Shown here one piece after another: positions 20,410-32,909 of a stretch of 64,000 nt of DNA (the first letter of the stretch is position 1; each line of letters opens with the position of its first letter). This DNA is from Minisyncoccota bacterium (GTDB taxonomy: Bacteria; Patescibacteriota; Minisyncoccia; Phycocordibacterales; Phycocordibacteraceae). The DNA is taken from contig JAYOEC010000001.1 of assembly GCA_038106525.1 (NCBI GenBank), positions 24,876 through 88,875 of the forward strand. Direction: 5' to 3'. Under the pieces are notes generated by a model that did not search any database, was not told where the DNA came from, and saw only the letters and a list, made by a program, of their open reading frames with translations. A program made the position numbers and the translations under genes.

Positions 20410-21147
20410 GCGGAAGCACGATGTGTATGTCCGCCCTGCCTACCGTCGAGGCAAATGGAACGGCCCACGAAAATACTGCCTCGCGTTCGCCTCGTGGCGG
20501 AATACTATCGAGGAAAGTTTGCGATGCCGCAATCAGCGAATCTGACTGATCGTACACAAGCGCGATAAGAAGCGCGCCAGACACCGGCGCCGCGCTGCTG
20601 TTTGCGATGCGGGCCGTAAGTCGTGCGGCAGTGCTGTCGAGACTTTGCGAAGTAATGTTGAGCGGATGCTGCTCGCGCACTGTGCGGGTCCACACACCAC
20701 CCTCAAGTTCGGTCGATGCGCGGACGGGTATGCGGGCCCCAGTTACGATATTCGGTTCAAAAAGCGGCCGCGACTCACCCGGACCAAGATCAAAACTGCC
20801 GCGCCGTGTAGCCACCAGTATTCCTGATGCATCATAGAGCGACATGGTGTACTGAATAGCAGTACCACCAACTTCAAGAAGTGGATTCTGCACAAATGCA
20901 GCAACATGGTACACGCCTGCGGCTGCCTGAACTGGCCTGGTCCACACAGCGTCAACTCGAGGCGCCGTGCACTGGAGCGCGCACACGCCTCCACAATCAA
21001 CGCCACCTTCATCCTGATTTTGAATGGCGTCAAAACAAGACGGTGGTGTATATAAGAAGAAATACCACCCGAGCGTTGCAAGCGCCGCAAGGCTGACAAA
21101 CACGCCTGCCCCCAGCTGCAATCGTTTTCGTGCGGCCCACTGCATAC
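20393..21147 (-). CDS. Membrane-anchored hypothetical protein with Cys cluster (CFDAIQNQDEGGVDCGGVCALQC)
   Basis: Start moved to MQWAARKRLQLGAGVFVSLAALATLGWYFF (TM), preceded by GAGG. The track's longer frame (to 21298) runs through the 5S rRNA gene. Confidence 0.5.
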
Positions 21148-21159
21148 CTCTGTAGTGTA

Positions 21160-21188
21160 GCAAAAACCGGCACCTCATGGTGCCGGTG
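21160..21188 (-). terminator. Intrinsic terminator downstream of 5S rRNA
   Basis: Minus strand reads CCGGCACC-ATGA-GGTGCCGG followed by TTTTTG. Confidence 0.6.
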
Positions 21189-21204
21189 TGCATCGTATCG
21201 AGTG

Positions 21205-21320
21205 CTCTGTTCTGGCGACTAGCTACTCTCCCCTTGCGAGTACCATCGCTACTACCGCGCTTAACTGCCAAGTTCGGAATGGGATTGGGTGTGACCACGG
21301 CGTCGAATCACCAGAACAGA
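21205..21320 (-). rRNA. rrf: 5S ribosomal RNA (compact, ~105-115 nt)
   Basis: Reverse complement CTGGTGATTCGACGCCGTGGTCACACCCAATCCCATTCCGAACTTGGCAGTTAAGCGCGGTAGTAGCGATGGTACTCGCAAGGGGAGAGTAGCTAGTCGCCAG. Flanked by 16-nt inverted repeats (21190-21205 and 21312-21327), a likely processing stem. Confidence 0.8.
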
Positions 21321-21401
21321 GCACTCGGCTCTGCGTACACTGACTCTTGCATCACAGCAACAACACCGAGCGGTACAATTGACTCGCTCATGGCGTTCAT
21401 A

Positions 21402-24398
<2,997 letters not shown>

Positions 24399-24494
24399 GA
24401 AGTCTGAAAACCACTTACGAATTCAATTACTTAACACTTGCTCAGTGTTGCTTGTGTTGTGATGCAAGTTGTCAATGAACTGTTTATAAGGATC

Positions 24495-24520
24495 AAAAAA
24501 GGCCGCTGGTGGCGGCCTTC
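24495..24520 (-). terminator. Intrinsic terminator (second of a tandem pair) upstream of the 23S gene
   Basis: Minus strand: AGGCCGC-CACCA-GCGGCCT followed by TTTTTT. Confidence 0.55.
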
Positions 24521-24693
24521 GCTGTACCCAACACGAGTTACCGCGATTTCCGCCTGGTGCCTCTAGTGATCGTACTCATAAACTTTACTTAGTATACTCC
24601 CCTCCTCAAATACTGTCAAGATGGAGCGCCGCGGCTCTATTGAGCCACAGCGCTCCATGAACTGCCTGGAAATCCACCGAAATATCCCCAAAT

Positions 24694-24720
24694 AAAAACC
24701 CCCGCAAAGCGGGGGTTTTT
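24694..24720 (-). terminator. Intrinsic terminator after gene 24734..25420 (bidirectional hairpin with A-tract and T-tract)
   Basis: AAAAACCCCCGC-AAA-GCGGGGGTTTTT. Confidence 0.7.
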
Positions 24721-24733
24721 GAGTCGAGGACTG

Positions 24734-25420
24734 CTACTTGTGTCCGATATCGCCACGGATCTTCTCGATATAGCGAGCGGCTGCATCCTGGCCACCGAGG
24801 CCGAACGCAAGACCAAGCGCAAGCGAGATTGCCACAACAACGCCGGTGAACAATGTCTGGATAAACCCAGACGCAACCTGCAGTTGATCCAACGCCGCAA
24901 GGACTGCAAAAATCCAGATCGCCCACTTGGCTACCGAACCTGCAAGACCAGCTGACTTGACCTCTGCAGCGCGCGCCGCACCTGCAACCACATCGCGCGC
25001 AAGCTCTGCGAGCACTGCGCCGACAAGGATAAAGAGCACCGCGACAATCACCTGCGGGAGGTACGAGAGCACTACATCGCTCAAGAACGCGTTTACTTGA
25101 TTCAAGCCAAGTACATCAAGCGACGCGACCAAAAATCCAATAATCACAAACCACTTCACCAACATACCGACGAACGCACCCGAGTTCATCGAGAACCCGG
25201 CCCGCTCGACCACATCATTAAGACCAGTCGATTTAAGTGCACTATCAAGCTTCAAAGACTTGAGTACCTGCTCGATCACCTTTTGCAGTGCGGCGCCAAT
25301 GAGCCAACCGACAACAAAGATGATTACTGCGACAATAATGTTGGGGATGTATGCGACAATGCCGAACCAGAGGCTCTGGAACGACCCCGTCAGCACATCC
25401 GCCCATGTTTGTATAAGCAT
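24734..25420 (-). CDS. Multi-TM membrane protein with conserved-TM-helix repeats (mechanosensitive-channel-associated type)
   Basis: Repeated amphipathic/TM segments (IVAVIIFVVGWLIGAALQKVIEQVL; VAISLALGLAFGLGGQDAAARYIEK). The antisense ORF 25097..25876 is rejected. Confidence 0.55.
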   Translation of the reverse strand: MLIQTWADVLTGSFQSLWFGIVAYIPNIIVAVIIFVVGWLIGAALQKVIEQVLKSLKLDSALKSTGLNDVVERAGFSMNSGAFVGMLVKWFVIIGFLVASLDVLGLNQVNAFLSDVVLSYLPQVIVAVLFILVGAVLAELARDVVAGAARAAEVKSAGLAGSVAKWAIWIFAVLAALDQLQVASGFIQTLFTGVVVAISLALGLAFGLGGQDAAARYIEKIRGDIGHK

Positions 25421-25534
25421 TGCTGTACGAATTACTTTACTAAAAACTTGCTAAGGAGCCCTCGGGGGGCTGCTACCACCATAGCACTTCTGTGCAAAAC
25501 ACGGTGGAGATGCTGTGGAGTACGGATTCCTCTG

Positions 25535-26110
25535 CTAGAGGGTTGGCATCCTACCAAACGCGATGCGGTGTTTAAAATCAAGTACATCTCGAATAAGGCG
25601 GTCGTATGCCTCCTTTCGAGACGCAAACTCTGCAGGCTCAAGGATTGCATAGCGGATGGGGATCACGGTCATTGCTTCAAGCTTGCGAACTGCAAGTGCA
25701 ATCTTTGGATCCCGAGGCTTGCGCGCGATAATAATGAGCTCCGCGGAACTGCGCGGCTCACCAACAAGGTGCCCAGCGGTAATTACCGCGACAACAGAGG
25801 ACACTCGACGAAATGCGTCTGCAACAACCCGATCAGTAGGAGCCGTGGTGGTTTCAAGGAATTCAGACAATCCTGAAGAAAATGGATGCGAGGAATCCCA
25901 CTCGTATTGCACGCCGCCTCTCCCTGCAGTTGACCGGAGCACTTCGAGCTTCGCAAGTGCTGCCATTTCTCGCTGCACCTCAATCCGCGGGGCACTGATG
26001 AGCCCCGCAACCTCGCGCGAAGTGTATGTATGTTCCGGCTGAAGTGCAAAAAATTTGATGATCCTGATGCGGAGCGGCGAGCTAAATAGTCTCGCAAGAT
26101 TTCTGAACAT
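25535..26110 (-). CDS. Winged-helix (ArsR-like) HTH transcriptional regulator, hypothetical
   Basis: N-terminal LRIRIIKFFALQPEHTYTSREVAGLISAPRIEVQREMAALAKLEVL resembles an ArsR/MarR wHTH. C-terminal part unknown. Confidence 0.45.
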   Translation of the reverse strand: MFRNLARLFSSPLRIRIIKFFALQPEHTYTSREVAGLISAPRIEVQREMAALAKLEVLRSTAGRGGVQYEWDSSHPFSSGLSEFLETTTAPTDRVVADAFRRVSSVVAVITAGHLVGEPRSSAELIIIARKPRDPKIALAVRKLEAMTVIPIRYAILEPAEFASRKEAYDRLIRDVLDFKHRIAFGRMPTL

Positions 26111-26135
26111 AGCCTCGCTATTCTACCCGAGAGCC

Positions 26136-26170
26136 GCCACAGAATCAAAAAAACGCCCCAGCATCAGCTG
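26136..26170 (-). terminator. Intrinsic terminator after rplL
   Basis: ACGCCCCAGC-ATCA-GCTGGGGCGT flanked by an A-run and a T-run. Confidence 0.7.
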
Positions 26171-26195
26171 GGGCGTTTTTGAAACACATACCTGG

Positions 26196-26561
26196 CTACG
26201 CGAGCTCAACTTTTCCGCCCGCTGCCTCGACTGATGCCTTTAGGGCCTCAGCATCCTCCTTCTTCACTCCCTCCTTGAGGACCGCTGGAGCACCGTCAAC
26301 AAGGTCCTTTGCTTCCTTAAGACCGAGCGCAAGTGCCTCCTTAACTACCTTAATAACTGCAATTTTTTGTGCGCCACCATCAACTAGCTTTACGGTAAAG
26401 GTGGACTTTGCTTCGCCTGCATCCGCTGCAGCACCCGCCGCAGGAGCTGCTGCAACGGCAGTTGCTGAGACGCCCCATTTCTCCTCAATTGCTTTCACGA
26501 GCTGATTGAGCTCGATAACGGTCATCTTTTCAACTGCTGCAATAATTTCGTCTTGTGACAT
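26196..26561 (-). CDS. rplL: 50S ribosomal protein L7/L12
   Basis: [33 protein letters not shown]...[39 protein letters not shown]. Confidence 0.92.
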   Translation of the reverse strand: MSQDEIIAAVEKMTVIELNQLVKAIEEKWGVSATAVAAAPAAGAAADAGEAKSTFTVKLVDGGAQKIAVIKVVKEALALGLKEAKDLVDGAPAVLKEGVKKEDAEALKASVEAAGGKVELA

Positions 26562-26567
26562 ACTGCA

Positions 26568-27068
26568 CTATTTAATTTTTATTACCTCACCAAGCGCTAT
26601 CGCAAAGCGCTGGATCGGTGAATTGATAACATTCACGAACATGCCGCGCAGAATCGGAGTCGGTGGAATCGTAGCAACCGATTTCGTATCTTGTTCGGAA
26701 AGAAATGAACCCTCGATAATACCTCCTACTAAGGACAGCTTGTCCTTAAACTTTTTAACGAACGCATGGACCCCGCGCGCAGGTGCGGTGACATCTACGC
26801 CATCACTCTTCGGGACAATGGCGATCGCAATCTCGCCGGGCATCGCGGGCGTATCGCCAGTAACTGATGCCGCCGCAAACGCGCGTTCGAGCAATGTCTT
26901 TTTTATGACAGTGAACTTTACCTGCTCTTTGCGAAGTTCAGCTCGAAGTTCAGCTGCTTCGGCTACCGTTAACCTGCTGAAGCTCACGATGGCCGCTGCT
27001 GCGGCATGCTTCAAAAGCTCGGTCATCGATTCGATTTGCGTTGCTTTTTTCTGTTTAGTAATTGCCAT
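26568..27068 (-). CDS. rplJ: 50S ribosomal protein L10
   Basis: Start moved to MAITKQKKATQIESMTELLKHAAAAAIVSFSRLTVAEAAELRAELRKEQVKFTVIKKTL. The track's N-terminal extension is non-coding leader. Confidence 0.85.
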   Translation of the reverse strand: MAITKQKKATQIESMTELLKHAAAAAIVSFSRLTVAEAAELRAELRKEQVKFTVIKKTLLERAFAAASVTGDTPAMPGEIAIAIVPKSDGVDVTAPARGVHAFVKKFKDKLSLVGGIIEGSFLSEQDTKSVATIPPTPILRGMFVNVINSPIQRFAIALGEVIKIK

Positions 27069-27320
27069 GATGTATCGTGTTACTCGATATATCCAAACCA
27101 GCTTGCTGGTTTGGGGGTGCGCACGATGGGGAGAGCGACCTCGGCAGGTCTTGTATCCAGCTTGAGCCAGATTGCCTGCTGTCTCTAGTCGTGCGTACCG
27201 CAACAATACCAGAGGAACACCTTTTATGCAACTCCGCCGAGCGCGACAAGCGCCCCGAAGGCGCACAATATGATGAACGCAAAGGCAATCAAAAAACGGT
27301 AAAATCCTGGGCCGACCATA
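27069..27320 (-). promoter_or_regulatory. rplJ 5' leader (~250 nt); candidate L10(L12)4 autoregulatory leader
   Basis: Unusually long untranslated gap between the TPR gene stop and the rplJ start. GC-rich stem-forming segments (GGGGTGCGCACGATGGGGAGAGCGACCTCGGCAGG...). Assignment by analogy to known L10 leaders only. Confidence 0.25.
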
Positions 27321-28100
27321 CTAGAGTTTCGCGAGCTCGACATTGATCTGCGATACTAGCTCGATGTTCCCAGCTGCGCGCGCAGTATCAAGCGCCCGCA
27401 AAAAAGCCTCGCGCGCGCCTGCAGGGCGATTCGTGTCGCGGAAGTATGCCCCAAGCGTAAAGGCAAATCCAGCATCACCTGGGAAATGAGCTTCGGCCTC
27501 TGCCATGGTGGCAAATGCCTTCTGCTCATTCTTCAGCGACAGTGTGTACAGCTGAAAGAGTTCAACATACGGCACAGTTGATTCTGGATTGATTTTTTTT
27601 GATTCAAGAAAGTACTGCTCCGCTTTGGAGAAATCCCTAAGGGCAAAGTGGTACAACTTCCCGAGATTATCGAATGCGGTGGTGTCATTCGGCGCGACGC
27701 GGGTCATGAACTCCCACACTGCCCGCGCTCCATCATAATCATTTGCCGCATGGTACCAGAGCGCAAGATTCAGCCATGCGCCCGCATCGGTCTTGTCCGC
27801 GCGAAGAATGACCCGTGCTTCTTCGGCGCGCTGCTCGATGGTCACGCGGATCTCCGGAGGAACTGTTGGTGAAAATTGGACTGGGCGTTCAATGTCTGGG
27901 ATCGCATCGCTCTCATCGATGGCAACCTGCTCAATGGTGTAACCAGGTCCGCGGACAACTCCGTCTTCAGCATCAACCGATACTGCTGCCGGCAAAGCAC
28001 CGCCCTGGAACCAGTACCAACCGCCGAGAATCGCAAGGATACACACCGCCCCTGCGCCGAGCATGTATTTCTTGTACATATCGAGCAGTGTACCAAACAT
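27321..28100 (-). CDS. TPR-repeat protein with N-terminal TM anchor
   Basis: MFGTLLDMYKKYMLGAGAVCILAILGGWYWF (TM), then TPR-like helices (AWLNLALWYHAANDYDGARAVWEF...; AEQYFLESKKINPES...). Confidence 0.6.
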   Translation of the reverse strand: MFGTLLDMYKKYMLGAGAVCILAILGGWYWFQGGALPAAVSVDAEDGVVRGPGYTIEQVAIDESDAIPDIERPVQFSPTVPPEIRVTIEQRAEEARVILRADKTDAGAWLNLALWYHAANDYDGARAVWEFMTRVAPNDTTAFDNLGKLYHFALRDFSKAEQYFLESKKINPESTVPYVELFQLYTLSLKNEQKAFATMAEAEAHFPGDAGFAFTLGAYFRDTNRPAGAREAFLRALDTARAAGNIELVSQINVELAKL

Positions 28101-28107
28101 CAGGCAA

Positions 28108-28138
28108 ACAAAAAATCCCGCCGAAGCGGGATTTTTTG
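28108..28138 (-). terminator. Intrinsic terminator after the 1157-aa surface-protein gene
   Basis: ATCCCGC-CGAA-GCGGGAT with flanking A-run and T-run. Confidence 0.65.
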
Positions 28139-28181
28139 CGTTGGGTCTTCAATCCCAACCGAACTCGGGTAATCCGAAGGA

Positions 28182-31100
28182 TTACTGCGAGCGGGTCTGG
28201 GTCAGGCCGCCTGATGGGAGGCCGAGGACACCATAACCACTGGTCCAGTCCTGATCACCGCGGATAGCCGTCGTGGTCGAGTTAGGCGACCAGATGAAGC
28301 TTTCTGTGGTGAGTGAGGCTGCAGCAAGGAGCGGGTTAGCCGACACGCCTGCTGAAGTCGACGGGAATGTAGAGTCGCCAAGGAGCTTGGTGGTTGCCGA
28401 TGCGCCTGATGTAGCGCCTGCAACTGAACCGCGAACCTCGAAGTATCTCGTCTGTCCTGCCGGAACCTGGATAACTGTAGCCGCAGCCGCCGAGGTCTGT
28501 ACAGCTACCTCGACATTGCCAGACGCCGGAACTGCGTTATCCGATGCCTCAAGCTGGCCGTTTGACGACACGCCTGAGATCGGTACCGAGTATCCAGAGT
28601 CGGTAAAGCCGTAGATGTTGACATTGGTGACATTGAGGGTCGTGGTCGCGAGGTTCACATTGAACTCCGTGATTCCGATCGAGCCCTTAGCGTCAGCCGT
28701 AACCTTGAAGCGGAGAAGCTTGCCGTCGTTAACGCCAGTACCCGAAAGGGTGTCAAGCGCAACGGTCGGGAACGACTTCATGACGCGCGTGCCGGAGACC
28801 GAAGTCGAGCCGGACGGGAAGATGGTGGTACCAGATGACTGACCAACACCCTCTGCATTCAAGAAGTTGACCGCAACCAAGTGGCCCGAGAAGGTCACTG
28901 ACTGCGATGTACCGACATCAGCAAGATCAAGCTTGACCGTGAGCGTCTTGTCCACATCCTTGGTGAGTGTCACCGGGGTTGTGAAGGTCGAAGTCGCGGT
29001 AGTAGCCGAACCGACGAAGTACGCCTCGCCAACCTTGGTTGCGCCGTCGTAGATCGACGCCTTAACCAGATCGCCTGCCGAAGACGAAGCGGTGTTCGTC
29101 AAGGTAAGGCCGAGCTTGGTGAGCGAAATGTTCTCGTTCGATGCGCGAAGGCGGAAGACGCCGTTCGTAACATCGGTCGATCCTGCAGAAGCGATTGCGT
29201 ACGAAGGCGATGAAGCATCCGTTGCAATAGTTGCTGATGCAGAACCGATGGTGACCGTAATCGTGCTGTCCGAAGCATCTGAACCGGTGATGGTCGTGCC
29301 TGAGGTTGCACCCGTAAAGGTGTATGCCGAAGCAGAACCCTCATCCCATGCCCAGGTGCCGTTGTTCGTTGCCGAGCCCGAGATATTGCAGCGGACGCCG
29401 AGCGTCTTTACCGTACCCTTGGCAACCGTTACCGGATTGTCAAGCGTAAAGGTCTGCGTCGAGCCGGTCGAGCCGGACGGATTGACCGTGTTTGAACCAG
29501 TGTTCAACGCGGTTGCGCCGTCAAAGATCTGGCAGCCCGTAAGTTCAGTGACAGCTGCGCCGCCGCCGAACGAAAGTGTTGCTGGGATCGAAGAGAAGCG
29601 CACATCCTCACCAGACTGCGTTGCATCGAACTGGAAGTTGGTGAAGAGCACCGATGAACCGCCAGAAACGATGGTCTGCGAAGCCGGAGATGATGCGTTG
29701 CCGATCGAGACCGAGCCGGCCTTGATCGTCATGGTGTTCATCGTCACTGCCGACGAGAATGTCGAGAGCGAGATGGTGTTACCCGAGACATCGCCGCGGA
29801 TGTTCGACCAGTCCGAAGACGGAGTCGTTGACGCGATGATGGTCACACCGCCAGAGACAGTCGACGGCAGCTTACCCTTCAGGGTATAGACGCCGCGGCC
29901 AGTCTTGTAGGTGACCGAGTCAGTAAAGGTAACTTTCTGTGCAACACCGCTGACATTGACGCCGTCAACAGGGCCCGCAACAACTGTTCCGTTCTGGTCG
30001 ACCAAAGTCACATTCGTGAGAAGGTTCGATGAAGCCGAGCCAGATGAGTAGTTGAAGTAGAAGACCTGCGACTGGACCGTCATTGCCTCGCCCTTCAAGT
30101 CAACAACAAACCCGCCGAGCGGCTGGTTCGGGACATTGATGGCGACATTCTGTGCAGGCACCTCGTTAGCCTTCGAGATGGTCGTGACCGACGCACCCGA
30201 AACAGTAACCTGTGCTGCATAGATGTACGGAGTACCAGTGGTCTCAGTACCAGTGCCACGCGAGCCCGGAACTGACGATGCGCCCGTGGTTGACGGCGAG
30301 ATGCCGTAACCATAAGTCTCGCCGGTGCCGAAGATATCCGTTGTCTTGTCGACATCGAAGATCACCGTGCGGCCAGATGCGTTCGAGCCGATGATGTCGG
30401 CCTGAACATAGACATCGATCTGATTACCCTTTCCGATAACCACGCCATTGCCGAAGGTTGAAGTGTAGTACTTGCCATCTGCAGAGAGGGTGGTCGGGTA
30501 CGAAACGCCGTTCACCACGGTGACGACATTCGCAAGATCGGTCGACGACACAGAACCGGTCTGGTTCCAGGTGATCGACTTCAAGCGGACATCCTCAGCC
30601 GAGCCTGCCGTGAGGCGGAAGCCGGTGAACTTGTGATTCGTAGTGCCGATCTCCTTGGTCGAGTTCGAGTTCGAAGCGAACGCGTTCGACATATCAAGTG
30701 AGAGCGTACCAACTGCAAGCGTTGCGTTGTTGACATTGTACGCACCCGTAATTGGGAGCGAGCCGGTTACGGTTGCTGATGTGTTAACACCAATCACCGC
30801 AATTGCCGGAGCTTCACCCGCGTACGAGTTAAGCGACGATGCCATGTTGCCCGCGACCAAGAAGGTCTTCGAGGTTCCCCTCGGGATCGTCATGGTCTGA
30901 CCGATAGCTGCTTGGTTGTTCGAGTTGAACGACTTTGCAGTACCGATCTGAACGCCCGTAGCCTCGTCAACAAGGACGACGCCAGCGAACGCTGCGTTTG
31001 AGCCAAGACCAACGCGCTGCACCTGGATCGAGCTCACCGTAACATCTCCGTCATTGCCCGCAGTCAAGATGAAGCGGGTGAACGGAACGCGCGATGCGCC

Positions 31101-31655
31101 CTCAGGCGAGAGTGCGTTTGCCGGCTGCGTACCTGCAGTAACCGAAAGGCCAGTGCCTGCCGGAGTCGGGGTCGACGGAGTCGACGGACTTGATGCTGCG
31201 AACGCTGCCTGCGAAATCGGGCCGAAGTAGCCAGCCGCAGGAGAAACTCCCTTAGCTGCCTGCCATGCCTTCACTGCAGATTGCGTCTGAGCACCGAAGT
31301 AGCCCGTTGCGCCTGCCGGAATCGAGTAGCCCATCGAGATGAGAGCGTTCTGGAGGCAGGTCACATCGGCTCCTGAAGAACCGAGAGTCAAGCTGCGCGT
31401 AAAGGTGCACGAGCTTGACGGGGTTGACGGCGTAGACGGAACTGACGGGGTTGAACCCGTGAGCGACGCCTGGACATTTGCAATCGTGGTCGAATCAGCC
31501 CCGAAAGACTGAAGGAGCGACACGATCGCATCAATCTGGCTCTGCGTAAGCGCTGCTGCCTCTGCGCGAGGAGCTGCTACGAAAGCCACCGCAACCATGA
31601 GCGAGAGAGCAACGAATGCCGCTGCAATCTTCGCCGTAGATTGTGTAAGAGTCAT
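28182..31655 (-). CDS. Very large secreted cell-surface protein: signal peptide, peptidoglycan-binding-like domain, long Ser/Thr/Gly-rich beta-repeat region
   Basis: Signal peptide MTLTQSTAKIAAAFVALSLMVAVAFVAAPRAEA. PG_binding_1-like segment LTLGSSGADVTCLQNALISMGYSIPAGATGYFGAQTQSAVKAWQAAKGV. About 950 aa rich in T/S/G/V with repeated VT.SG motifs. The antisense ORF 29092..29889 is rejected. Confidence 0.8.
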   Translation of the reverse strand: MTLTQSTAKIAAAFVALSLMVAVAFVAAPRAEAAALTQSQIDAIVSLLQSFGADSTTIANVQASLTGSTPSVPSTPSTPSSSCTFTRSLTLGSSGADVTCLQNALISMGYSIPAGATGYFGAQTQSAVKAWQAAKGVSPAAGYFGPISQAAFAASSPSTPSTPTPAGTGLSVTAGTQPANALSPEGASRVPFTRFILTAGNDGDVTVSSIQVQRVGLGSNAAFAGVVLVDEATGVQIGTAKSFNSNNQAAIGQTMTIPRGTSKTFLVAGNMASSLNSYAGEAPAIAVIGVNTSATVTGSLPITGAYNVNNATLAVGTLSLDMSNAFASNSNSTKEIGTTNHKFTGFRLTAGSAEDVRLKSITWNQTGSVSSTDLANVVTVVNGVSYPTTLSADGKYYTSTFGNGVVIGKGNQIDVYVQADIIGSNASGRTVIFDVDKTTDIFGTGETYGYGISPSTTGASSVPGSRGTGTETTGTPYIYAAQVTVSGASVTTISKANEVPAQNVAINVPNQPLGGFVVDLKGEAMTVQSQVFYFNYSSGSASSNLLTNVTLVDQNGTVVAGPVDGVNVSGVAQKVTFTDSVTYKTGRGVYTLKGKLPSTVSGGVTIIASTTPSSDWSNIRGDVSGNTISLSTFSSAVTMNTMTIKAGSVSIGNASSPASQTIVSGGSSVLFTNFQFDATQSGEDVRFSSIPATLSFGGGAAVTELTGCQIFDGATALNTGSNTVNPSGSTGSTQTFTLDNPVTVAKGTVKTLGVRCNISGSATNNGTWAWDEGSASAYTFTGATSGTTITGSDASDSTITVTIGSASATIATDASSPSYAIASAGSTDVTNGVFRLRASNENISLTKLGLTLTNTASSSAGDLVKASIYDGATKVGEAYFVGSATTATSTFTTPVTLTKDVDKTLTVKLDLADVGTSQSVTFSGHLVAVNFLNAEGVGQSSGTTIFPSGSTSVSGTRVMKSFPTVALDTLSGTGVNDGKLLRFKVTADAKGSIGITEFNVNLATTTLNVTNVNIYGFTDSGYSVPISGVSSNGQLEASDNAVPASGNVEVAVQTSAAAATVIQVPAGQTRYFEVRGSVAGATSGASATTKLLGDSTFPSTSAGVSANPLLAAASLTTESFIWSPNSTTTAIRGDQDWTSGYGVLGLPSGGLTQTRSQ

Positions 31656-31979
31656 ACCGTGAATAACAACTTAGTAATTACTAATCTAATAAGATGCACA
31701 ACTAATTCCATTCCCTCGCGGCGCGCACAACACTACTAATGCGCAGCAAGGTCGAATGGCTAAGAAATGTAAGGTTCGGCTATCGTCCAATCATTGCAGA
31801 ACATTGCTTCCGAAACAGGAATTCAAAACCCAAAACCAAGAATACTTTTCTTCCGTATATGAAACTGTCAAAGTGCAACACCGCAGTACCCTGTGGGGAA
31901 CCGCAGTACCTCTCAGTATACCGAAGCCGAAGCCCATGGGCTGAGGTCTTGGTACCCTGAGGTGTGGATTACACGCAGT

Positions 31980-32003
31980 ACAAAACGACCGCACCGCGGT
32001 CGC
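31980..32003 (-). terminator. Candidate terminator after regulator gene 32071..32820
   Basis: CGACCGC-GGT-GCGGTCG followed by TTTTG on the minus strand (short T-run). Confidence 0.4.
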
Positions 32004-32070
32004 TAGACCTTATTGAGGCGTGTTGTGCCACAGGGAGCATCGTATCTCAAAATAGCGCAAAAAGCAACGG

Positions 32071-32820
32071 CTATCGCTCCACCCTTCGATAAGTACTCCA
32101 CCGGCGCTCGCCCTCCTTTAGTAAGATCCCACTCTCAACCATTGCAAGAAGTTCGCGCTGAATGGTCTTTGAGGAAACCCCGTTCGCTGCCTGCATGGCG
32201 TCCTGAATACTGATACGGTCCTTCGTTTCGAAAAGCTTCAATATTTCAGCCCTCCTTCCTTGGTCTGCCCCATGTCCGATACTAACACGGTCTATAGATG
32301 TCCTTTTGACTGTCCTAAATATACTTCTGTCCTTTTGTCCTTTATGTTCAGTTCCTCCAAGGACGGTAGTTGGCGGTAAAAGGACATCTGCTACCGGTAC
32401 GATTCCGTGCACATAAGTTGCAAGTTTCGCATACTCTTCCCCAATCAAATTAGCGTTCATTGACGAGACCAACCCAGCGTCTCTTGCCGCCTGAAGAAGT
32501 GCGGTCATTTGGATGGTGAGCTGCTCGAACTCCCGACCCCCCGCCTCCTCCTCAATCGAAGGCGCCACCGATAGTTTAAGAATCGCAAGCGCAGTGGACC
32601 GAATCTCGACCCGAAGGGGTTCAGCCTGCTGAATAAAATTCGTTACCACATGTACTGCCGCAAGGAGTCGTTCTGACTTCCGGATTGCGAAGATCCTCCC
32701 AGGACTGAGTCGAAGAGATATCTGTTCAATGAGGTCCTTCTTGTCATCCCCATTCGCTAAAGCGTCTTTTATGTTGTCTGTCATGTGACTCATACACGCT
32801 GGTGCGGATCTATAGGACAC
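32071..32820 (-). CDS. Hypothetical transcriptional regulator with C-terminal winged HTH
   Basis: C-terminus ISIQDAMQAANGVSSKTIQRELLAMVESGILLKEGERRWSTY (DeoR/GntR-like wHTH). N-terminal two-thirds without recognisable motif. Start uncertain (MSHMTDNIKD alternative). Confidence 0.5.
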   Translation of the reverse strand: MSYRSAPACMSHMTDNIKDALANGDDKKDLIEQISLRLSPGRIFAIRKSERLLAAVHVVTNFIQQAEPLRVEIRSTALAILKLSVAPSIEEEAGGREFEQLTIQMTALLQAARDAGLVSSMNANLIGEEYAKLATYVHGIVPVADVLLPPTTVLGGTEHKGQKDRSIFRTVKRTSIDRVSIGHGADQGRRAEILKLFETKDRISIQDAMQAANGVSSKTIQRELLAMVESGILLKEGERRWSTYRRVER

Positions 32821-32909
32821 AAGGTACTCTTGCCCGCCCGGTAGGTCAAATAAGGCGCAATCAACACAAGCTGAGGAGTTAAGCGGTTCACCGATGCTAC
32901 ACTACAGTT

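Noticed and set aside
24400-24495. 23S promoter call
   Set aside because: A TTGACA is present on the minus strand (complement of 24471-24476), but no acceptable -10 lies at 15-19 nt spacing. Left uncalled.
29092-29889. 265-aa plus-strand ORF rich in V/A/E/P
   Set aside because: It is antisense to the T/S/G-rich repeat region of the 1157-aa surface-protein gene, which has a signal peptide and PG-binding domain. This is a typical shadow ORF.
28600-31200. Repetitive DNA within the surface-protein gene considered as CRISPR or a tandem-repeat element
   Set aside because: The repeats are degenerate coding repeats (T/S/G codons) without regular repeat-spacer periodicity. No cas genes, transposases or integrases are anywhere in the window.
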